Assembly (NCBI GenBank): GCA_902500205.1 | Contig: GCA_902500205.1_4868.1 | Direction: 5' to 3' (one strand) | DNA: 64,000 nucleotides | From: Escherichia coli | GTDB lineage: Bacteria; Pseudomonadota; Gammaproteobacteria; Enterobacterales; Enterobacteriaceae | Part shown: in pieces, positions 10,401-19,266 of the stretch | Layout of the letters: the number at the start of each line of letters is the position of its first letter | Position numbering within the stretch: the first letter of the stretch is position 1 | The notes under the pieces: generated by a model | What the model was told of the DNA's origin: nothing | Databases searched by the model: none | What the model saw: only the letters and a program-made list of their open reading frames with translations | Program-made: the position numbers and the translations under genes

Positions 10401-11570
10401 AAAGGTGAACGCGCCTTTCTGCAGGCGTTTCATGACCTCTGGATTTTTCTCCATCTCCTCGCGAGTCCATTTCTGGAGTTTCTCGATTTGTGGGCCGAGT
10501 AGTTTCTTCGCAAGGAATCCACTACCCCACGCAGTTGCTTTATCGCGAGCATTTGTTTTGCGACGTTCAGCAGTCAACGAAGAGCTGTCGCTCATGCCGA
10601 AATCGTCTTCAACACCCATGCCGAGAACAGACTCTAACAAACCACGACCTTCGCCAAATATACCAGAAATCTTCTTCTTGGTATTTTCGCGAATCATGTC
10701 CATAAACCCGTCAGCATAACGCAACGGGTTCATCCATTCCGCAGCCTGGCGTTTAACGTTCGCCCAACGGACTTCTGAGAAATCTTCCTTCGCGTAATCC
10801 GGCAATGCCGTGTTCTTCACGATGGCTTCTAAAGCAGGCGTATTACGATCGAACTCCGACTGCTTCATCTTCACGATGTCTTGAATGGCGAACAGGGTAC
10901 GGTATTGCAATTCGAGTTTCTTACGCTCGATGTTTAAGAATACCCCACGGCTTAACCCGGTTAACAGGTTAATGTCCTTCGCCATTCCAATCATGGTTTG
11001 GTGCATTGCATCCGCGCGCATCTCTTTGATGCTGTCGCGGAGCTTATCCTCTACCATGCGGTCCTGCAGCTGACGTTGTTCGTCGGCGTCCTTTGGCACA
11101 CCTGAGAATACGTCGCCCAGTTCACGATCCATCAATGCCTGATTCGGATCGTAGTTCTGGTAATCTAACTGGTCAGATTTTGACCACTTGTCGAAGCGCT
11201 TAGTAACTGCATCCGGCAAGTATTTCTTCATCGTCGGACCGAGTTGGCGCGCTTGCATCTTCAGCGTGCGCTCGGTCTTCTCAAGCTCCCCTTTCGTATG
11301 GGCGTAAATGTCCTTTGCTGCAGCTGCCGCTGACTGATAACCCTCGTATGCATCAGCTGCCGGCTTAGGCATCCCCTTGAGGATAACTTGGTCGCGTTTC
11401 CCTTCTGGCCAGATAGTTGACAACGCCGACTTCCTGGCAACATTCAGGGTACTGAGTATCGGGCTTCGTTTTTTCTCGTCTTTGGGACGGGGTGGTTCAC
11501 CGAAATCATCCCAGTCGTCGAGTCTATCTAAATCGATATCATCGAAACCGTCTTTGCCTCTTTTTGCCAT
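4449..11570 (-). CDS. giant virion protein (2373 aa) with C-terminal SLT-type lytic transglycosylase domain (phiKZ gp181-like)
   Basis: Single 7.1-kb ORF; C-terminal [35 protein letters not shown]...[10 protein letters not shown] matches SLT motifs (DNA about 5060-5440); Gly-rich low-complexity segments. Confidence 0.85.
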   Translation of the reverse strand: [2373 protein letters not shown]

Positions 11571-11600
11571 AATGTTTCTTCCAATTCAGGAGCCTAAAAA

Positions 11601-13214
11601 GTGAGAAAGCTTAACTGGGTAGATTTTTATCTACTGAACGTTAATAAGTCCCTGGTGTCGCATTTAAAACCAGTTACAACAACAGACACCTTTCAGGGAC
11701 TGACGAAAAACTTTCACCCTGAAGGACTGTATTCAACCGAAATTTTTGGCCTCACAGGGAGCGAAGCACGAGACTCAACGTTCTCGTACATTGATATCAA
11801 ACTGGATATCATTTCGCCGACCGTTTGTTTGGCATTGTTCCAGCTGAAACAGCTGTACGAAGAAATCTGTTCCGGGAAGCGATTCGCTATCTGGAATGAG
11901 AAAGAAAAAGATTTCGAGCCGGCTCTGCCCAGTGATAAAGGTGCAGACACCGGCTTCAACTTCTTCCTACGCTACTACGAACAACTGACACCGGGACGCA
12001 ACGAGTCGATGCGTCGCGACGAGACAGTCGATTTCTTCAATAAGTTCCGTCCGGTCAGTCTCAGCCGCTATGTGCTGGTTCTGCCTGCGGGATTACGTGA
12101 TTTGGTCATTCGTCAGGATGGCCGCGACCAAGAAGAAGAGATTGGCGGACTCTACCGTCGTCTGATTTCTCTGGCGCGTGCAATCCCCGACCGCAGTACG
12201 CGAACGGAACTGACTGACCCGGTTCGCTGGAAGCTCCAACAAACCTTTAATGACATCTGGATGTACTTCTTCAACATCCAGGATGGTAAAGGTGGTTTTG
12301 CACGTCGTAAAGTGACGTCACGTAAGTTAATGAACGGTACGCGTAACGTACTGTCTTCATTCTCAACCGGTTCCAAGGTCATGGGTCGCGAAGATGCGAT
12401 TCGTCCAACGGATACCCGTATCGGTTTGTACCAAACCCTGAAGGCATTACTGCCTGTGGCTCAATACCACATCCGTGAACGTTACCTCAGTAACATCCGG
12501 GCAGGGGACGGCAACTTATACGGCGTTAACACCAAAACACTCAAGCGTGAGTTCCTGGAAGTCTCCGGGCGGGTGTATGACCTTTTCACTACCGACGATG
12601 GCATCGAAACACTCATCAACAGAATGGAAGCGCGCGAGCTTCGACATAAACCGCTGATGATTGATCCGGACCATTACGTGGCATTAATCTACCAGGACAA
12701 ACGCAGCTTCAAAATCTTTTACGATATTGAAGACCTGCCGGAAGGACGTGACCGTAAGCTTGTCCGCGGACTGAGCTTAGCGGAACTCCTCTATTTGTCA
12801 GGTTACGATATTTGGAATGACTACTTCTCGTTCATCACGCGTTATCCGGTTACGGGACGCGGTTCGACTTACTCCTCGACCATAAGATTGGAGACCACCA
12901 CTTCTTCCCTCTATTTGCATGAACTGGAAGACGATTGGGTCACGTTAAAAGAGAAGGGTGCAATTAGTTTCCCTGACCGTACCGTGAAAACCTTTGTGGA
13001 ATCCATGGCACCACACCCATCCCGATTAGGGGGCTTGGGTGGTGACTACGATGGTGACACCGGCTCAGCAAACTGCCCGATGTCAACCGAAGCGCTCGAG
13101 GAAAATCGGAAGTGGGTCAGTTCGAAAAACTACTGGTTTGCAACAGACGGCAGTTTCAAAATCAATCCGGTTAATAACGTGATTAAAAGAACGACTGCTG
13201 CGCTGTTGAAATGA
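11601..13214 (+). CDS. RNA polymerase beta-prime-like subunit fragment carrying DYDGD (NADFDGD-like) motif; candidate virion RNAP subunit
   Basis: GTG start with AGGAG 9 nt upstream; GGDYDGDTG near residue 475, matching position of NADFDGD in bacterial beta-prime. Confidence 0.55.
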   Translation: MRKLNWVDFYLLNVNKSLVSHLKPVTTTDTFQGLTKNFHPEGLYSTEIFGLTGSEARDSTFSYIDIKLDIISPTVCLALFQLKQLYEEICSGKRFAIWNEKEKDFEPALPSDKGADTGFNFFLRYYEQLTPGRNESMRRDETVDFFNKFRPVSLSRYVLVLPAGLRDLVIRQDGRDQEEEIGGLYRRLISLARAIPDRSTRTELTDPVRWKLQQTFNDIWMYFFNIQDGKGGFARRKVTSRKLMNGTRNVLSSFSTGSKVMGREDAIRPTDTRIGLYQTLKALLPVAQYHIRERYLSNIRAGDGNLYGVNTKTLKREFLEVSGRVYDLFTTDDGIETLINRMEARELRHKPLMIDPDHYVALIYQDKRSFKIFYDIEDLPEGRDRKLVRGLSLAELLYLSGYDIWNDYFSFITRYPVTGRGSTYSSTIRLETTTSSLYLHELEDDWVTLKEKGAISFPDRTVKTFVESMAPHPSRLGGLGGDYDGDTGSANCPMSTEALEENRKWVSSKNYWFATDGSFKINPVNNVIKRTTAALLK

Positions 13215-13232
13215 TACCCATAAGGCACATGT

Positions 13233-16200
13233 ATGATTTTTCTGAAACAGTTTAACCAGCGCTTTACCGTGCGCAAGACCGATGAGTTCGGTCGTCCGCG
13301 TATTATCCCGCTGGAGAAGCTCCAGCTCCCACGTGGTTCTATCTACCACACCATCGATTTAGACCAGGTGGTTTTAGCACCACCGTTAACCACACCATGT
13401 TTTGGTCAGCTGGAAAAACCGGCGATGATTCGTCACCACTTCCAGCTGCCTGAAGACGGCATTATTGGCCACCCGCGTAAGAAACCGGTTGTTGGTCAAG
13501 AGCGCCAAATCTTCCAGTACCATCGTAACAACCGTCGTATTCGTCGCATGATTGAAGACGGCGTGGTACGTTCCGATCCGAAAGTGCTGCTCATCGAAAA
13601 CTACACCCCGATGCTGCCGCATTATTTCTACCCTGATACTCTGATGTCCTGGTACGAACGTCTGCACAACATTCAGCTGCTGATAACTAACCAGATGAAA
13701 ACTGACTCACGTGAGTACATGCGTCAGAACTACTACATCATCGAACTGGGTAACGTACTGCCTTCTTTCGATCGTTTTAAAATGACGTATAACGATCGTG
13801 TTAAAACCAAACTGGAGCGCTTTAAGGACTTTAATCTCCTGTGGTTACTGGAACTGTTCGGTTGGGCTTACGGCGATCAGCAAGCAACCCTGTTTGACGG
13901 TATGGACATGAACCAGCTGTCACGTGTGAACTTTATCTTCACGCACAACGGTGGTTTTACATCCATGAACATGGGTGTAATTGAAAGAATGCGTAAGTCT
14001 GCCGGTGGTCGTTTGACTGACGTGCAGATGGGCAGAATGTTCTACCGTACACTGACTACTGTGATGACCACACCGCCGTCTACCGACTACGAAGATGACG
14101 AGTTCGTTACACCGGAAGGGGACGAACGCGTACATCTGGGAGAGGACGACGATGTTGTTGAAGCCGTTGCCAGTAAACCGGAAGAAACCCTCGATATCGT
14201 CGACGATGAAGCAACACAAAGCGACAACGTTGACGATATATTGAACGATCATGAGTTCGATGAGAAAGAAGATCTGGTCATCGAAGCGCCGAAAGAAGAT
14301 GTCAAACCAACCACCATCGTCGTAGAACGCACCATCCCACACGATGCTGTGATTAAACAGGAAGTTGAGCGCCTGGCAGAAGCGGGCCGCGTCACCGCCA
14401 AAGCGTATCAGTTCCTGAACGAATCTTCTAAACGTTTCGTAAACTTACCCAACCCGTACAATCCTAAAGAGACGTACGGCGAAGGCCTGACCATCGATCC
14501 GAAGAAACTCGAAGTTAAAGCCGAGCCTAAGAAGATTGAACGCTTAGTTACGGATGAAGCCTGGGCGGAAAATACCACCGACCAAATCATTCGTCAGTAC
14601 AACCAGGAAATCTTCCCGAAAGATATTCTGGGGGCAGTAGCGTCATCCCAACGTCTTGGTTTAGCGATTCACAATCACACTGTCGAGAAAGAGATTTCCG
14701 TTACCGGGAATATCGAACACCACACGTTGCGTATTCAGCCGATTGGCGGAGAACCAACCACGGTACGTTTCTCAATTCCTGCATTAACCGAAGACGGTAC
14801 TTGGGTTGCAAATGGTGTGGAATATACAATGCGTCGTCAGCGTGTTGATCTTCCTATCCGTAAAGTGTCCCACGATACCGTAGCGTTAACCACTGCCTAC
14901 GGGAAGAACTTTGTCCGTCGCAGTGATAAAGTCGTCAATGATTACGGACGTTGGCTCACTAATGCGATTATTACTCGCGCGGTCGATCCGAAGAACACCG
15001 AAATTACTGATGCAAAACTGGCGAATGTGTTCGATCCGCTGTCTAAACTGCCGCGTCAGTACACCGAGGTGGCACGTCGTGTAGCAGCGTTCAACGCAAT
15101 TGGGTACCAATGGAACTTTGACATTAAACAGAAAGCGGCATTCTTTAACGAAGGGCAACTGGCAGACGCGGACCGTGTCGAGCTGGTACCTGTGGCGAAG
15201 AAACCGCGGAGTCATGTCATCGTCGGTATGGATAAAAACTCCCAGCTCTATCGAGTGGATAAGGATAAGACCGAACCACTGGGTACGCTCGCCGAAGTCT
15301 TTGGCGTGGACACCTCTAAGGCTCCACGTGAAATGACCGAACTGTCACTGATGGGCAAATCAATCTCGCTGGGCTTTGTGTTTGCGTACTATCTCGGGTT
15401 AACCGGGATGTTGAAACACTTTGGTATCAGTTACGAGGTTCTCTCTGTCGGACAACGTATCGATAAAGGTCAGTTCGACTCCATTATTCGTCTCCAGGAT
15501 GCGAAAATTGCAATTGTCTGCGAGAACGATCAACAGAGGATGATTGTCAACGGCTTAGACCGTTACATTAAACATTTTACCACGTATACCGAGTCGGAAG
15601 TTGACCGGGAAGACATTTACCTGAACCTGTTACGCGATGCAGATGGGCTAACACCACGCTACATCAAAGAGCTGAAACTGATGCGGACCGCATTTGTTGA
15701 TGACATGCACGCGCGTATCCTCAGGAAAATGGGCGAGCCGGAAACCTTTATCGGCTTACTGGAGCGTTCTAACGAACTGCTGCAGACGGACCACACGTTA
15801 CCGGAAATTAACGGTGACGAAATGATGTTCATCGGGAACCAACGTATTTCGTATCACATCTACACCGCGATGGTGCGGGCGATGCGTAACTACAACAACG
15901 CGCCTAACTCAAATCGTAAGTTTGAGTTGACGCAGGACATGGTGTGGGGTGCAATTAACTCCGACCCGTCTGTTCTGCTGGCTCCTGGCGCAAACCCGGT
16001 ACAGAACATCAAAGAAAAAGATGTTGTTACCATGGGCGGTACAGGTGGTCGTAACCGCAAGACCATGGTCTACAGTACCCGTGAATTCCAACCGAGCGAC
16101 CTGGGGATTATCTCCGGTAACACGGTCGATAACGGCGACGTAGGTATCACCGCCTTTGCAACAAACAATCCGCGTTACGACACCGTGGACGGCACGACCT

Positions 16201-17438
16201 TTAAAAAGGACCTCGATAAACTGAAGCCAGGTGAGGCACTGTCATTTATTGATGGCTTGGTGCCGGATACCCTGATGGACGATGCTAAGCGTCAGAACTT
16301 CGTTGGGATTCAATTCGGTTCTGCGACCAGTTGTGTTGGCGCAACCACCACACCGTATCGTACCGAGCAAGAAAAGTTCGTGGCACACCGTACTTCTGTG
16401 AAGCACGCACGCGTAATCGATAAACCTGGCAAGATTGTGGAGGTTCTTAACGACCACGTTAAAATCAAATACGACGACGGAGAGGAAGAAGCTTTCCCAC
16501 TGGGCCGTTGGTTCGGTCCGCACGAAGGGACTTACTACCCACACACTCTGGTAACGAAATGGAAGCGCGGAGATAAACTCCCTGCCGGTGCCGTTATCAC
16601 GTACAACGAACAACACTTTGAACCAGACATCTACGATCCAACGCAGGTCAGTTTTAAAAACGGGATACTGGCAACTGTCGCTTTGATTGAAGGGGAAGAA
16701 GTAATTGAGGACTCCAACGCCATTAGTGAGCGGTTCGCTGCTAAGGCTGAAGCCGATGTTACCAAACTCAAAGAAGTCACAATGACGTTTACCCAGAACC
16801 TGTTGGAGATGGTAAAAGAAGGGGACCACGTAGACGTGGATTCAATTCTATGCACCTTCACCGACAACCTGACCGGCGATATGAGCGGGTTCAGTAAAGA
16901 AGCAGCGGAAACGCTGCGTGAGTTAAGCTCCTTTGCACCACGCTCTGGTGTTCGTGGGTTTATCGACAAAATCGAAGTGGTTTACCACGGCGAGGTGGAA
17001 GATATGACCCCGTCTTTGGCGGAGATGGTTCGTAAATACGACCGTATACGTCGGAAGACTGCGCTGGCTCTCAAACGTGACGAGCCGAAGGACGGTCGAG
17101 TCAACGGTGATTTTCGTGTTGAGGGGGTGCCGTTAGCGTACAATAGCCTGTGTGTCCGATTCTACATCACACACCGGGTAGAGATGGCAGCAGCGGATAA
17201 GATGGTTATTGCTAACCAGCTGAAAACGACGGTTCAGGAAGTGATGTATGGAACCAACAAAACGGAAGACGGGCAGGAACTCGACATTATCTTTGGTCGT
17301 GATTCCGTCGACGCACGTATCGTAGGTTCTATCATGCGCATCGGAACCACCAACGCTGTCGGGTATCGTGGTGGGGAGAATATCGGACGCATCTTAGATG
17401 GTGAAGACGTCCCAGCCTTGCCGGCTAAAATCAACTAA
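13233..17438 (+). CDS. large protein (1401 aa), function unassigned; possibly RNAP-associated
   Basis: Long ORF immediately downstream of beta-prime-like gene; no motif I can name confidently. Confidence 0.8.
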   Translation: MIFLKQFNQRFTVRKTDEFGRPRIIPLEKLQLPRGSIYHTIDLDQVVLAPPLTTPCFGQLEKPAMIRHHFQLPEDGIIGHPRKKPVVGQERQIFQYHRNNRRIRRMIEDGVVRSDPKVLLIENYTPMLPHYFYPDTLMSWYERLHNIQLLITNQMKTDSREYMRQNYYIIELGNVLPSFDRFKMTYNDRVKTKLERFKDFNLLWLLELFGWAYGDQQATLFDGMDMNQLSRVNFIFTHNGGFTSMNMGVIERMRKSAGGRLTDVQMGRMFYRTLTTVMTTPPSTDYEDDEFVTPEGDERVHLGEDDDVVEAVASKPEETLDIVDDEATQSDNVDDILNDHEFDEKEDLVIEAPKEDVKPTTIVVERTIPHDAVIKQEVERLAEAGRVTAKAYQFLNESSKRFVNLPNPYNPKETYGEGLTIDPKKLEVKAEPKKIERLVTDEAWAENTTDQIIRQYNQEIFPKDILGAVASSQRLGLAIHNHTVEKEISVTGNIEHHTLRIQPIGGEPTTVRFSIPALTEDGTWVANGVEYTMRRQRVDLPIRKVSHDTVALTTAYGKNFVRRSDKVVNDYGRWLTNAIITRAVDPKNTEITDAKLANVFDPLSKLPRQYTEVARRVAAFNAIGYQWNFDIKQKAAFFNEGQLADADRVELVPVAKKPRSHVIVGMDKNSQLYRVDKDKTEPLGTLAEVFGVDTSKAPREMTELSLMGKSISLGFVFAYYLGLTGMLKHFGISYEVLSVGQRIDKGQFDSIIRLQDAKIAIVCENDQQRMIVNGLDRYIKHFTTYTESEVDREDIYLNLLRDADGLTPRYIKELKLMRTAFVDDMHARILRKMGEPETFIGLLERSNELLQTDHTLPEINGDEMMFIGNQRISYHIYTAMVRAMRNYNNAPNSNRKFELTQDMVWGAINSDPSVLLAPGANPVQNIKEKDVVTMGGTGGRNRKTMVYSTREFQPSDLGIISGNTVDNGDVGITAFATNNPRYDTVDGTTFKKDLDKLKPGEALSFIDGLVPDTLMDDAKRQNFVGIQFGSATSCVGATTTPYRTEQEKFVAHRTSVKHARVIDKPGKIVEVLNDHVKIKYDDGEEEAFPLGRWFGPHEGTYYPHTLVTKWKRGDKLPAGAVITYNEQHFEPDIYDPTQVSFKNGILATVALIEGEEVIEDSNAISERFAAKAEADVTKLKEVTMTFTQNLLEMVKEGDHVDVDSILCTFTDNLTGDMSGFSKEAAETLRELSSFAPRSGVRGFIDKIEVVYHGEVEDMTPSLAEMVRKYDRIRRKTALALKRDEPKDGRVNGDFRVEGVPLAYNSLCVRFYITHRVEMAAADKMVIANQLKTTVQEVMYGTNKTEDGQELDIIFGRDSVDARIVGSIMRIGTTNAVGYRGGENIGRILDGEDVPALPAKIN

Positions 17439-17485
17439 TGTAGGGCGGGTCGCTCCCGCCCGGTAAATAAACTCCGGAGTTAATA

Positions 17486-17779
17486 ATGGGAATTTTAGAT
17501 ACGCTCAAGCAGCAGCATGGGATTCCGGTGGGCCGTAATAGCACGAATCCGGAAACGGAAGGTTATTCCCCACAGCAACGCATGAACTTTGTTGTTCTGG
17601 GCAATGCGGTTGAATTGGCCACCGAAATTATTCACGGACTGCTGAAGGGCAGCAATGGCCTGTCTGACCGCATGGGCGATCAGCGTTTGCTGAAACGAGA
17701 CATCGCTGATATGGTGGGTGCGCGTATTACTGGTCGCATCCAGGATTCTATCAGCACCAAAAACGGGGGTCAGGCATGA
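17486..17779 (+). CDS. small hypothetical protein (97 aa)
   Basis: ATG with GGAG 6 nt upstream; stop overlaps next start (ATGA). Confidence 0.5.
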   Translation: MGILDTLKQQHGIPVGRNSTNPETEGYSPQQRMNFVVLGNAVELATEIIHGLLKGSNGLSDRMGDQRLLKRDIADMVGARITGRIQDSISTKNGGQA

Positions 17780-19251
17780 TCAACTTATATTCACTTAATG
17801 CTGTCACCAACGCAATGAAACTGGCGAAACAACACCAGGTTCGTTTAGAAGCTGACGTTGACAGTCCTGTTGGTCTACTGACAAAAGCGACTACGCAGCA
17901 GAGCGTTTTCGATACACAGATAACTGACGAAGAGTTCTTCCAGTCTCTGCCGGATATCACTGCACTGAAAACGCCGCAATCTGGCACGGGCGAAGCGTCT
18001 GTAATCGCGGACACGGCAGCGGGTCCAGAAACGCTGAACGTCGAAGACCACGAACCGACACTGTTCGAACTGAAACGTATGGCTATCCAACGTTGTCAGG
18101 GTATGCTTGACTTTGCCCGTAACGTTATTCAGCCGTTTGTTCAACTGGTTATCCAAAACAACCAGGGTATTGAAAACCAGGCAGTTAGCGAAGAGTGGGC
18201 ACTCGTACCTGCAGGTATGGACCCGGCGCTGAACTCCCCGGTGGTACAGGCGTTAATTGATTCGGTAGAAAACCCGCTGGGTAATGGTACTACGCATCCC
18301 GCAGTTAAAGCCAACGTCCCTGCCGATATCGAACTGCCGGAAACCGGCAGCAAAGCATACGACGATCTGGTTAAAGAACTGTTGAATGCGCTGGGTTGGA
18401 ATATCAACGAAGCCGTTCGCAACATGCTCGAAGGGAACATGCTCTCTCCGGTAAGCGACCAGGCACCACACAACCTGAAACGCAACATTCTGTTTATGCT
18501 GCTTTCTGGCTACTACCTGGAAATGCCGTGGAAAGACTCTGGTCTGAATAGCGGGCAGTGGAAAGCACAGATGCTGCCATTACATTACAGCTATATCGGC
18601 TGGGTTTACGCCTACACCCAGAACATCGTTACCCGCATCAAGACCGGTAACATTGTCTTCGGATACGACAACGTTGAGAAGAAAGTGTATATCTGTCAGG
18701 AAGTGATGGACGACTATCTGGAAAAAGGTGGTAGCGTTGAAGCGTTACTGGGCGCTATCTACCAGCTGGACGAAGGTGACACCAATGTCTCCACGCGTGT
18801 AGCTTCACTGTTGGAAAAACAGAAAGACTACATCGCTGCCTGGGGCCACCGTTCTGCGATTCAGCGTGCTAAGCTCGACAGCAGTTGGGTAACACGCAAT
18901 CGCCAGTCACTGAAACAAGCGTTTAACGTGGCCATCGATGCAACCGATCCTGAACTGTTCTGGCGTGGACAGGACGGTCAGGTAGCAACGCCGGAGTTCG
19001 TTAAGAAATCAACGGCAAGCTTCATCGATTCGTTCTTCACAACCGACACCACAGACATCACTGAGTTCGTTATCAAAGTCTCCGCGACTGAGGTCTTCGG
19101 TGAATACGAACTGTCCAAGCTGATGCTGGATATTCATCGTGGTATGATTGCTAACCGTCAACCTGACGAGGTGGCAACCGACTGGATGATTAACTACGTC
19201 CTGGATTGGATTTGTGGCGGTGTGGTTATTTCTGTACCGAGCAAAGTTTAA
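17776..19251 (+). CDS. hypothetical protein (491 aa)
   Basis: ATG overlapping upstream stop; long ORF. Confidence 0.75.
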   Translation: MINLYSLNAVTNAMKLAKQHQVRLEADVDSPVGLLTKATTQQSVFDTQITDEEFFQSLPDITALKTPQSGTGEASVIADTAAGPETLNVEDHEPTLFELKRMAIQRCQGMLDFARNVIQPFVQLVIQNNQGIENQAVSEEWALVPAGMDPALNSPVVQALIDSVENPLGNGTTHPAVKANVPADIELPETGSKAYDDLVKELLNALGWNINEAVRNMLEGNMLSPVSDQAPHNLKRNILFMLLSGYYLEMPWKDSGLNSGQWKAQMLPLHYSYIGWVYAYTQNIVTRIKTGNIVFGYDNVEKKVYICQEVMDDYLEKGGSVEALLGAIYQLDEGDTNVSTRVASLLEKQKDYIAAWGHRSAIQRAKLDSSWVTRNRQSLKQAFNVAIDATDPELFWRGQDGQVATPEFVKKSTASFIDSFFTTDTTDITEFVIKVSATEVFGEYELSKLMLDIHRGMIANRQPDEVATDWMINYVLDWICGGVVISVPSKV

Positions 19252-19266
19252 TAAAGAGAGGTGGTC

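Noticed and set aside
10171-10719. 182-aa plus-strand ORF and other short ORFs inside 4449-11570
   Set aside because: All lie antisense within the uninterrupted 7.1-kb giant gene.
11571-11600. 30-bp gap between the divergent giant gene and beta-prime-like gene as a shared promoter region
   Set aside because: Too short to hold two promoters and contains only the two ribosome-binding sites; promoters probably lie within flanking coding sequence.
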